Assembly (NCBI GenBank): GCA_964016885.1
Contig: OZ024743.1
Location: 46,438,001-46,502,000, forward strand
Origin: Eledone cirrhosa
Taxonomy: Eukaryota
Length of the DNA stretch: 64,000 bases
Direction of reading: 5' to 3'
In this document: one piece after another, positions 45,001 through 57,990 of the stretch
Layout of the letters: each line of letters begins with the position of its first letter
Numbering within the stretch: the first letter of the stretch is position 1
Notes under the pieces: model-generated
Databases searched by the model: none
Seen by the model: only the letters and a program-made list of their open reading frames with translations
What the model was told of the DNA's origin: nothing
Translations under genes and position numbers: made by a program

Positions 45001-48000
45001 TAGTGGTGGACATGATATCTGGTTTGTGACTAGTGGTGGACATGATATCTGGTTTGTGACTAGTGGTGGACATGATATCTGGTTCATGACTAGTGGTGGA
45101 CATGATATCTGGTTCATGACTAGTGGTGGACATGAAATCTGGTTCATGACTAGTTGTGGACATGATATCTGGTTTGTGACTAGTGGTGGGCATGATATCT
45201 GGTTCATGACTAGTGGTGGACATGATATCTGGTTTGTGACTAGTGGTGGACATGATATCTGGTTCATGACTACTGGTTGACATGATATCCGGTTCATGAC
45301 TAGTGGTGGACATGATATCTGGTTCATGACTAGTGGTGGACATGATATCTGGTTTGTGACTTGTGGTGGACATGATATCTGGTTTGTGACTAGTGGTGGA
45401 CATGATATCTGGTTCATGACTAGTGGTGGACATGATATCTGGTTTGTGACTAGTGGTCGACATGATATCTGGTTTGTGACTAGTGGTGGACATGATATCT
45501 GGTTTGTGACTAGTGGTGGACATGATATCTGGTTTGTGACTAGTGGTGGACATGATATCTGGTTTGTGACTAGTGGTGGACATGATATCTGGTTCATGAC
45601 TACTGATGGACATGATATCTGGTTCATGACTACTGATGGACATGATATCTGGTTCATAACTAGTGGTGGACATGATATCTGGTTTGTGACTAGTGGTGGA
45701 CATGATATCTGGTTCATGACTAGTGGTGGACATGATATCTGGTTAGTGACTAGTGGTGGGCATGATATCTGGTTTGTGACTAGTGGTGGACATGATATCT
45801 GGTTTGTGACTAGTGGTGGACATGATATCTGGTTCATGACTAGTGGTGGACATGATATCTGGTTCATGACTAGTGGTGGACATGATATCTGGTTCATGAC
45901 TAGTGGTGGAAATGATATCTGGTTTGTGACTAGTGGTGGGCATGATATCTAGTTCATGACTAGTGGTGGACATGATATCTGGTTTGTGACTAGTGGTGGA
46001 CATGATATCTGGTTGGTGACTAGTGGTGGACATGATATCTGGTTCATGACTAGTGGTGGACATGATATGTGGTTCATGACTAGTGGTGGACATGATATCT
46101 GGTTTGTGACTAGTGGTGGGCATGATATCTGGTTCATGACTAGTGGTGGACATGATATGTGATTCATGACTAGTGGTGGACATGATATCTGGTTTGTGAC
46201 TAGTGGTGGGCATGATATCTGGTTCATGACTAGTGGTGGACATGATATCTGGTTTGTGACTAGTGGTGGGCATGATATCTGGTTCATGACTAGTGGTGGA
46301 CATGATATCTGGTTCATGACTAGTGGTGGACATGATATCTTGTTCATGACTAGTGGTGGACATGATATCTGGTTTGTGACTAGTGGTGGACATGATATCT
46401 GGTTCATGACTACTGGTGGACATGATATCTGGTTTGTGACTAGTGGTGGGCATGATACCTGGTTCATGACTAGTGGTGGACATGATATCTGGTTTGTGAC
46501 TAGTGGTGGACATGATATCTGGTTCATGACTACTGGTGGACATGATATCTGGTTTGTGACTAGTGGTGGGCATGATATCTGGTTCATGACTAGTGGTGGA
46601 CATGATATCTGGTTTGTGACTAGTGGTGGGCATGATATCTGGTTCATGACTACTGGTGGACATGATATCTGGTTTGTGACTAGTGGTGGGCATGATATCT
46701 GGTTCATGACTAGTGGTGGACATGATATCTGGTTTGTGACTAGTGGTGGATATGATATCTGGTTCATGACTAGTGGTGGACATGATATCTGGTTTGTGAC
46801 TAGTGGTGGGCATGATATCTGGTTCATGACTAGTGGTGGACATGATATCTGGTTCATGACTAGTGGTGGACATGATATCTGGTTCATGACTAGTGGTGGA
46901 CATGATATCTGGTTTGTGACTAGTGGTGGATATGATATCTGGTTTGTGACTAGTGGTGGACATGATATCTGGTTTGTGACTAGTGGTGGACATGATATCT
47001 GGTTCATGACTAGTGGTGGACATGATATCTGGTTCATGACTAGTGGTGGACATGAAATCTGGTTCATGACTAGTGGTGGACATGATATCTGGTTTGTGAC
47101 TAGTGGTGGGCATGATATCTGGTTCATGACTAGTGGTGGACATGATATCTGGTTTGTGACTAGTGGTGGACATGATATCTGGTTCATGACTACTGGTTGA
47201 CATGATATCCGGTTCATGACTAGTGGTGGACATGATATCTGGTTCATGACTAGTGGTGGACATGATATCTGGTTTGTGACTTGTGGTGGACATGATATCT
47301 GGTTTGTGACTAGTGGTGGACATGATATCTGGTTCATGACTAGTGGTGGACATGATATCTGGTTTGTGACTAGTGGTGGACATGATATCTGGTTTGTGAC
47401 TACTGGTGGACATGATATCTGGTTTGTGACTAGTGGTGGACATGATATCTGGTTTGTGACTAGTGGTGGACATTATATCTGGTTCATGACTACTGGTGGA
47501 CATGATATCTGGTTCATGACTAGTGGTGGACATGATATCTGGTTTGTGACTACTGGTGGACATATTATCCGGTTCATGACTAGTGGTGGACATGATATCT
47601 GGTTTGTGACTAGTGGTGGACATGATATCTGGTTTGTGACTAGTGGTGGACATGATATCTGGTTTGTGACTAGTGGTGGACATGATATCTGTTTTGTGAC
47701 TAGTGGTGGACATGATATCTGGTTCATGACTAGTGGTGGACATATCTGGTTTGTGACTACTGATGGACATGATATCTGGTTCATGACTAGTGGTGGACAT
47801 GATATCTGGTTTGTGACTAGTGGTGGACATGATATCTGGTTTGTGACTACTGATGGACATGATATCTGGTTTGTGACTAGTGGTGGACATGATATCTGGT
47901 TTGTGACTAGTGGTGGACATGATATCTGGTTTGTGACTAGTGGTGGACATGATATCTGGTTTGTGACTAGTGGTGGGCATGATATCTGGTTCATGACTAG

Positions 48001-51000
48001 TGGTGGACATGATATCTGGTTTGTGACTAGTGGTGGACATGATATCTGGTTCATGACTACTGATGGACATGATATCTGGTTCATGACTACTGATGGACAT
48101 GATATCTGGTTCATAACTAGTGGTGGACATGATATCTGGTTTGTGACTAGTGGTGGACATGATATCTGGTTCATGACTAGTGGTGGACATGATATCTGGT
48201 TTGTGACTAGTGGTGGGCATGATATCTGGTTTGTGACTAGTGGTGGACATGATATCTGGTTTGTGACTAGTGGTGGACATGATATCTGATTCATGACTAG
48301 TGGTGGACATGATATCTGGTTCATGACTAGTGGTGGACATGATATCTGGTTCATGACTAGTGGTGGAAATGATATCTGGTTTGTGACTAGTGGTGGGCAT
48401 GATATCTAGTTCATGACTAGTGGTGGACATGATATCTGGTTTGTGACTAGTGGTGGACATGATATCTGGTTGGTGACTAGTGGTGGACATGATATCTGGT
48501 TCATGACTAGTGGTGGACATGATATGTGGTTCATGACTAGTGGTGGACATGATATCTGGTTTGTGACTAGTGGTGGGCATGATATCTGGTTCATGACTAG
48601 TGGTGGACATGATATGTGGTTCATGACTAGTGGTGGACATGATATCTGGTTTGTGACTAGTGGTGGGCATGATATCTGGTTCATGACTAGTGGTGGACAT
48701 GATATCTGTTTGTGACTAGTGGTGGGCATGATATCTGGTTCATGACTAGTGGTGGACATGATATCTGGTTCATGACTAGTGGTGGACATGATATCTTGTT
48801 CATGACTAGTGGTGGACATGATATCTGGTTTGTGACTAGTGGTGGACATGATATCTGGTTCATGACTACTGGTGGACATGATATCTGGTTTGTGACTAGT
48901 GGTGGGCATGATATCTGGTTCATGACTAGTGGTGGAAATGATATCTGGTTTGTGACTAGTGGTGGACATGATATCTGGTTCATGACTACTGGTGGACATG
49001 ATATCTGGTTTGTGACTAGTGGTGGGCATGATATCTGGTTCATGACTAGTGGTGGACATGATATCTGGTTTGTGACTAGTGGTGGACATGATATCTGGTT
49101 CATGACTACTGGTGGACATGATATCTGGTTTGTGACTAGTGGTGGGCATGATATCTGGTTCATGACTAGTGGTGGACATGATATCTGGTTTGTGACTAGT
49201 GGTGGACATGATATCTGGTTTGTGACTAGTGGTGGACATGATATCTGGTTTGTGACTAGTGGTGGACATGATATCTGGTTCATGACTAGTGGTGGACATG
49301 ATATCTGGTTCATGACTAGTGGTGGACATGAAATCTGGTTCATGACTAGTGGTGGACATGATATCTGGTTTGTGACTAGTGGTGGGCATGATATCTGGTT
49401 CATGACTAGTGGTGGACATGATATCTGGTTTGTGGCTAGTGGTGGGCATGATATCTGGTTCATGACTAGTGGTGGACATGATATCTGGTTCATGACTAGT
49501 GGTGGACATGATATCTGGTTTGTGACTAGTGGTGGGCATGATATCTGGTTCATGACTAGTGGTGGACATGATATCTGGTTCATGACTAGTGGTGGACGTG
49601 ATATCTGGTTCATGACTAGTGGTGGACATGATATCTGGTTTGTGACTAGTGGTGGGCATGATATCTGGTTAATGACTACTGGTGGACATGATATCTGGTT
49701 TGTGACTAGTGGTGGACATGATATCTGGTTTGTGACTAGTGGTGGGCATGATATCTGGTTCCTGACTAGTGGTGGACATGATATCTGGTTCATGACTAGT
49801 GGTGGACATGATATCTGGTTCATGACTAGTGGTGGACATGATATCTGGTTTGTGACTAGTGGTGGACATGATATCTGGTTTGTGACTAGTGGTGGACATG
49901 ATATCTGGTTTGTGACTAGTGGTGGACATGATATCTGGTTCAAGACTACTGGTGGACATGATATCTGGTTCATGACTAGTGGTGGACATGATATCTGGTT
50001 TGTGACTAGTGGTGGGCATGATATCTGGTTCATGACTAGTGGTGGACATGATATCTGGTTTGTGACTAGTGGTGGACATGATATCTCGTTCATGACTACT
50101 GGTGGACATGATATCCGGTTCATGACTAGTGGTGGACATGATATCTGGTTTGTGACTAGTGGTGGACATGATATCTGGTTCATGACTAGTGGTGGACATG
50201 ATATCTGGTTTGTGACTAGTGGTGGACATGATATCTGGTTTGTGACTACTGGTGGACATGATATCTGGTTCATGACTACTGGTGGACATGATATCTTGTT
50301 CATGACTAGTGGTGGACATGATATCTGGTTTGTGACTACTGGTGGACATATTATCTGGTTCATGACTAGTGGTGGACATGATATCTGGTTTGTGACTAGT
50401 GGTGGACATGATATCTGGTTTGTGACTAGTGGTGGACATGATATCTGGTTTGTGACTAGTGGTGGACATGATATCTGGTTCATGACTAGTGGTGGACATG
50501 ATATCTGGTTTGTGACTACTGATGGACATGATATCTGGTTCATGACTAGTGGTGGACATTATATCTGGTTTGTGACTAGTGGTGGACATGATATCTGGTT
50601 TGTGACTAGTGGTGGACATGATATCTGGTTTGTGAGTACTGATGGACATGATATCTGGTTTGTGACTAGTGGTGGACTTGATATCCGGTTCATGACTAGT
50701 GGTGGACATGATATCTGGTTTGTGACTAGTGGTGGACATGATATCTGGTTTGTGACTAGTGGTGGACATGATATCCGGTTCATGACTAGTGGTGGACATG
50801 ATATCTGGTTCATGACTAGTGGTGGACATGATATCTGGTTTGTGACTAGTGGTGGACATGATATCTGGTTTGTGACTAGTGGTGGACATGATATCTGGTT
50901 TGTGACTAGTGATGGACATGATATCTGGTTCATGACTAGTGGTGGACATGATATCTGGTTAATGACTAGTGGTGGACATGATATCTGGTTCATGACTAGT

Positions 51001-54000
51001 GGTGGACATGATATTTGGTTTGTGACTAGTGGTGGGCATGATATCTGGTTCATGACTACTGGTGGACATGATATCTGCTTTGTGACTAGTGGTGGACATG
51101 ATATCTGGTTCATGACTACTGGTGGACATGATATCTGGTTCATGACTAGTGGTGGACATGATATCTGGTTTGTGACTAGTGGTGGGCATGATATCTGGTT
51201 CATGACTAGTGGTGGGCATGATATCTGGTTCATGACTAGTGGTGGACATGATATCTGGTTTGTGACTAGTGGTGGGCATGATATCTGGTTCATGACTAGT
51301 GGTGGACATGATATCTGGTTCATGACTAGTGGTGGACATATCTGGCTCATGACTAGTGGTGGACATGATATCTGGTTTGTGACTAGTGGTGGGCATGATA
51401 TCTGGTTCATGACTAGTGGTGGACATGATATCTGGTTCATGACTAGTGGTGGACATGATATCTGGTTCATGACTAGTGGTCGACATGATATCTGGTTTGT
51501 GACTAGTGGTGGGCATGATATCTGGTTCATGACTAGTGGTGGACATGATATCTGGTTTGTGACTTGTGGTGGGCATGATATCTGGTTCATGACTAGTGGT
51601 GGACATGATATCTGGTTCATGACTAGTGGTGGACATGATATCTGGTTCATGACTAGTGGTCGACATGATATCTGGTTTGTGACTAGTGGTGGGCATGATA
51701 TCTGGTTCATGACTAGTGGTGGACATGATATCTGGTTTGTGACTAGTGGTGGACATGATATCTGGTTTGTGACTAGTGGTGGACATGATATCTGGTTTGT
51801 GACTAGTGGTGGACATGATATCTGGTTCATGACTACTGGTGGACATGATATCTGGTTCATGACTAGTGGTCGATATGATATCTGGTTTGTGACTAGTGGT
51901 GGGCATGATATCTGGTTCATGACTAGTGGTGGACATGATATCTGGTTTGTGACTAGTGGTGGACATGATATCTGGTTCATGACTACTGGTGGACATGATA
52001 TCCGGTTCATGACTAGTGGTGGACATGATATCTGGTTTGTGACTAGTGGTGGACATGATATCTGGTTCATGACTAGTGGTGGACATGATATCTGGTTTGT
52101 GACTAGTGGTGGACATGATATCTGGTTTGTGACTAGTGGTAGACATGATATCTGGTTCATGACTACTGGTGGACATGATATCTGGTTCATGACTAGTGGT
52201 GGACATGATATCTGGTTTGTGACTAGTGGTGGGCATGATATCTGGTTCATGACTAGTGGTGGACATGATATCTGGTTTGTGACTAGTGGTGGACATGATA
52301 TCTGTTTTGTGACTAGTGGTGGACATGATATCTGGTTCATGACTAGTGGTGGACATGATATCTGGTTTGTGACTAGTGGTGGACATGATATCTGGTTCAT
52401 GACTACTGGTGGACATGATATCTGGTTCATGACTAGTGGTGGACATGATATCTGGTTTGTGACTACTGGTGGACATATTATCCGGTTCATGACTAGTGGT
52501 GGACATGATATCTGGTGTGTGACTAGTGGTGGACATGATATCTGGTTTGTGACTAGTGGTGGACATGATATCTGGTTCATGACTAGTGGTGGACATGATA
52601 TCTGGTTTGTGACTACTGATGGACATGATATCTGGTTCATGACTAGTGGTGGACATGATATCTGGTTCATGACTACTGGTTGACATGATATCCGGTTCAT
52701 GACTAGTGGTGGACATGATATCTGGTTCATGACTAGTGGTGGACATGATATCTGGTTTGTGACTAGTGGTGGACATGATATCTGGTTTGTGACTAGTGGT
52801 GGACATGATATCTGGTTCATGACTAGTGGTGGACATGATATCTGGTTTGTGACTAGTGGTGGACATGATATCTTGTTTGTGACTACTGGTGGACATGATA
52901 TCTGGTTTGTGACTAGTGGTGGACATGATATCTGGTTTGTGACTAGTGGTGGACATGATATCTGGTTCATGACTACTGGTGGACATGATATCTGGTTCAT
53001 GACTAGTGGTGGACATGATATCTGGTTTGTGACTACTGGTGGACATATTATCCGGTTCATGACTAGTGGTGGACATGATATCTGGTGTGTGACTAGTGGT
53101 GGACATGATATCTGGTTTGTGACTAGTGGTGGACATGATATCTGGTTCATGACTAGTGGTGGACATGATATCTGGTTTGTGACTACTGATGGACATGATA
53201 TCTGGTTCATGACTAGTGGTGGACATGATATCTGGTTTGTGACTAGTGGTGGACATGATATCTGGTTTGTGACTACTGATGGACATGATATCTGGTTTGT
53301 GATTAGTGGTGGACATGATATCTGGTTTGTGACTAGTGGTGGACATGATATCTGGTTTGTGACTAGTGGTGGACATGATATCTGGTTCATGACTACTGGT
53401 GGACATGATATCTGGTTCATGACTAGTGGTGGACATGATATCTGGTTTGTGACTAGTGGTGGACGTGATATCTGGTTCATGACTAGTGGTGGACATGATA
53501 TCTGGTTTGTGACTAGTGGTGGGCATGATATCTGGTTCATGACTAGTGGTGGACATGATATCTGGTTTGTGACTAGTGGTGGACATGATATCTGGTTCAT
53601 GACTACTGGTGGACATGATATCCGGTTCATGACTAGTGGTGGACATGATATCTGGTTTGTGACTAGTGGTGGACATGATATCTGGTTCATGACTAGTGGT
53701 GGACATGATATCTGGTTTGTGACTAGTGGTGGACATGATATCTGGTTCATGACTAGTGGTGGACATGATATCTGGTTTGTGACTAGCGGTGGACATGATA
53801 TCTGGTTTGTGACTAGTGGTGGACATGATATCTGGTTTGTGACTAGTGGTGGACATGATATCTGGTTTGTGACTAGTGGTGGACATGATATCTGGTTCAT
53901 AACTACTGGTGGACATGATATCTGGTTCATGACTAGTGGTGGACATGATATCTGGTTTGTGACTAGTGGTGGGCATGATAGCTGGTTCATGGCTAGTGGT

Positions 54001-57000
54001 GGACATGATATCTGGTTTGTGACTAGTGGTGGACATGATATCTGGTTCATGACTAGTGGTGGACATGATATCTGGTTTGTGACTAGTGGTGGACATGATA
54101 TCTGGTTCATGACTAGTGGTGGACATGATATCTGGTTTGTGACTAGTGGTGGACATGATATCTGGTTTGTGACTACTGGTGGACATGATATCTGGTTCAT
54201 GACTAGTGGTGGACATGATATCTGGTTTGTGACTAGTGGTGGACATGATATCTGGTTTGTGACTACTGATGGACATGATATCTGGTTTGTGACTAGTGGT
54301 GGACATGATATCTGGTTTGTGACTAGTGGTGGACATGATATCTGGTTCATGACTACTGGTGGACATGATATCTTGTTCATGACTAGTGGTGGACATGATA
54401 TCTGGTTTGTGACTACTGGTGGACATATTATCCGGTTCATGACTAGTGGTGGACATGATATCTGGTTTGTGACTAGTGGTGGACATGATATCTGGTTTGT
54501 GACTAGTGGTGGACATGATATCTGGTTTGTGACTAGTGGTGGACATGATATCTGTTTTGTGACTACTGGTGGACATGATATCTGGTTCATGACTAGTGGT
54601 GGACATGATATCTGGTTTGTGACTACTGTTGGACATGATATCTGGTTCATGACTAGTGGTGGACATGATATCTGGTTTGTGACTAGTGGTGGACATGATA
54701 TCTGGTTTGTGACTACTGATGGAATGATATCTGGTTTGTGACTAGTGGTGGACATGATATCTGGTTTGTGACTAGTGGTGGACATGATATCTGGTTTGTG
54801 ACTAGTGGTGGACATGATATCCGGTTCATGACTAGTGGTAGATATGATATCTGGTTTGTGACTAGTGGTGGACATGATATCTGGTTCATGACTAGTGGTG
54901 GACATGATATCTGGTTCATGACTAGTGGTGGACATGATATTTGGTTTGTGACTACTGGTGGGCATGATATCTGGTTCATGACTACTGGTGGACATGATAT
55001 CTGGTTTGTGACTAGTGGTGGACATGATATCTGGTTCATGACTACTGGTGGACATGATATCTGGTTCATGACTAGTGGTGGACATGATATCTGGTTTGTG
55101 ACTAGTGGTGGGCATGATTTCTGGTTCATGACTAGTGGTGGACATGATATCTGGTTCATGACTAGTGGTGGACATGATATCTGGTTTGTGACTAGTGGTG
55201 GGCATGATATCTGGTTCATGACTAGTGGTGGACATGATATCTGGTTCATGACTAGTGGTGGACATGATATCTGGTTCATGACTAGTGGTGGACATGATAT
55301 CTGGTTCATGACTAGTGGTCGACATGATATCTGGTTTGTGACTAGTGGTGGGCATGATATCTGGTTCATGACTAGTGGTGGACATGATATCTGGTTTGTG
55401 ACTAGTGGTGGACATGATATCTGGTTTGTGACTAGTGGTGGACATGATATCTGGTTTGTGACTAGTGGTGGACATGATATCTGGTTCATGACTACTGGTG
55501 GACATGATATCTGGTTCATGACTAGTGGTGGACATGATATCTGGTTCATGACTAGTGGTGGACATGATATTTGGTTTGTGACTACTGGTGGGCATGATAT
55601 CTGGTTCATGACTACTGGTGGACATGATATCTGGTTTGTGACTAGTGGTGGACATGATATCTGGTTCATGACTACTGGTGGACATGATATCTGGTTCATG
55701 ACTAGTGGTGGACATGATATCTGGTTTGTGACTAGTGGTGGGCATGATTTCTGGTTCATGACTAGTGGTGGACATGATATCTGGTTCATGACTAGTGGTG
55801 GACATGATATCTGGTTTGTGACTAGTGGTGGGCATGATATCTGGTTCATGACTAGTGGTGGACATGATATCTGGTTCATGACTAGTGGTGGACATGATAT
55901 CTGGTTCATGACTAGTGGTGGACATGATATCTGGTTTGTGACTAGTGGTGGGCATGATATCTGGTTCATGACTAGTGGTAGACATGATATCTGGTTTGTG
56001 ACTAGTGGTGGACATGATATCTGGTTTGTGACTAGTGGTGGACATGATATCTGGTTTGTGACTAGTGGTGGACATGATATCTGGTTCATGACTACTGGTG
56101 GACATGATATCTGGTTCATGACTAGTGGTGGACATGATACCTGGTTTGTGACTAGTGGTGGACATGATATCTGGTTCATGACTACTGGTGGACATGATAT
56201 CCGGTTCATGACTAGTGGTGGACATGATATCTGGTTTGTGACTAGTGGTGGACATGATATCTGGTTCATGACTAGTGGTGGACATGATATCTGGTTTGTG
56301 ACTAGTGGTGGACATGATATCTGGTTTGTGACTAGTGGTGGACATGATATCTGGTTCATGACTTCTGGTGGACATGATATCTGGTTCATGACTAGTGGTG
56401 GACATGATATCTGGTTTGTGACTAATTGTGGGCATGATATTTGGTTCATGACTAGTGGTGGACATGATATCTGGTTTGTGACTAGTGGTGGACATGATAT
56501 CTGGTTCATGACTAGTGGTGGACATGATATCTGGTTTGTGACTACTGATGGACATGATATCTGGTTTGTGACTACTGATGGACATGATATCTGGTTTGTG
56601 ACTAGTGGTGGACATGATATCTGGTTTGTGACTAGTGGTGGACATGATATCTGGTTTGTGACTAGTGCTGGGCATGATATCTGGTTTGTGACTAGTGGTG
56701 GGCATGATATCTGGTTCATGACTAGTGGTGGCCATGATATCTGGTTTGTGACTAGTGGTGGACATGATATCTGGTTTGTGACTACTGATGGACATGATAT
56801 CTGGTTTGTGACTAGTGGTGGACATGATATCTGGTTTGTGACTAGTGGTGGACATGATATCTGGTTTGTGACTAGTGGTGGACATATCTGGTTCATGACT
56901 ACTGGTGGACATGATATCTGGTTCATGACTAGTGGTAGACATGATATCTGGTTTGTGACTAGTGGTGGACATGATATCTGGTTCATGACTAGTGGTGGAC

Positions 57001-57833
57001 ATGATATCTGGTTTGTGACTAGTGGTGGGCATGATATCTGGTTCATGACTAGTGGTGGACATGATATCTGGTTTGTGACTAGTGGTGGACATATCTGGTT
57101 CATGACTACTGGTGGACATGATATCCGGTTCATGACTAGTGGTGGACATGATATCTGGTTTGTGACTAGTGGTGGACATGATATCTGGTTCATGACTAGT
57201 GGTGGATATGATATCTGGTTTGTGACTAGCGGTGGACATGATATCTGGTTTGTGACTAGTGGTGGACATGATATCTGGTTTGTGACTAGTGGTGGACATG
57301 ATATCTGGTTTGTGACTAGTGGTGGACATGATATCCGGTTCATGACTAGTGGTGGACATGATATCTGGTTTGTGAGTAGTGGTGGACATGATATCTGGTT
57401 TGTGACTAGTGGTGGACATGATATCTGGTTCATGACTACTGGTGGACATGATATCTGGTTCATGACTAGTGGTGGACATGATATCTGGTTTGTGACTAGT
57501 GGTGGGCATGATATCTGGTTCATGACTACTGGTGGACATGATATCTGGTTCATGACTACTGGTGGACATGATATCTGGTTCATGACTAGTGGTGGACATG
57601 ATATCTGGTTCATGACTAGTGGTGGACATGATATCTGGTTCATGACTAGTGGTGGACATGATATCTGGTTTGTGACTAGTGGTGGACATGATATCCGGTT
57701 CATGACTAGTGGTGGACATGATATCTGGTTTGTGACTAGTGGTGGACATGATATCCGGTTCATGACTAGTGGTGGACATGATATCTGGTTTGTGACTAGA
57801 GGTGGACATGATATCTGGTTTGTGACTAGTGGT
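1..57833. repeat. Giant 30-bp tandem repeat (mini/satellite DNA) array, ~1,929 monomers, consensus ATATCTGGTT[CA|TG]TGACTAGTGGTGGACATG; continues beyond the left edge
   Basis: 30-bp periodicity is visible on every line. The phase at position 1 recurs at 57,811 after a net 30 bp of deletions. The last partial monomer ends ...TGTGACTAGTGGT at 57,833, followed by unique sequence. Monomer GC is 13/30 and the + strand is G/T-rich. Confidence 0.99.
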
Positions 57834-57990
57834 CAATCTCCTATGAAAGTAATGAAGCTTAAGCTTTGGGGTCCCTCATCCCAGAGAGGTCCTTAGTGGT
57901 GCTTCTGGGGCTAGTCGAGGTTATGAAGGGGTCCACATAATGAGAACTGGCCCCTAGGTACTGAAGCCAGCCCTGCTGGATACGGCACTA
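57827..57990. mobile_element. Possible decayed non-autonomous DNA transposon (hAT/Tip100-like MITE) abutting the array end
   Basis: Left end TAGTGGTCAATC and reverse complement of right end TAGTGCCGTATC form an imperfect TIR, with ACTAGT at both 57,825 and 57,987. The subterminal TGAAAGTAATGAAGCTTAAGCTTTGGGGTCCCTCA resembles, from memory, hAT-Tip100-type ends (CAGTGGCGGAT...GAAGCTTAAGCTT...GGGCCCCTCA). No convincing 8-bp TSD. Confidence 0.4.

Noticed and set aside
1259-57763. Minus-strand NQISCPPLV(M/T) ORFs
   Set aside because: Another stop-free frame of the same repeat, interrupted by recurrent stops. The long ORFs are chimeras of two frames joined at 1-bp deletions.
1-57833. CRISPR array (repeat length of 30 bp is CRISPR-like)
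   Set aside because: Units are head-to-tail with no unique spacers, there are no cas genes, and the flank is eukaryotic.
1-57833. Telomeric repeat, Chi-site array or G-quadruplex array
   Set aside because: No TTAGGG-type unit. The ACTGGTGG variant is only a 7/8 Chi match and Chi is bacterial. G-runs are mostly GG, giving at best weak two-tier G4 potential.
12-57896. Giant + strand ORFs of (M/V)TSGGHDIWF repeats as a real protein gene
   Set aside because: Openness follows from the 30-bp stop-free unit. The frame is broken by about 30 stops, many propagated by block duplication, and by six frameshifts. There is no unique N- or C-terminal domain.
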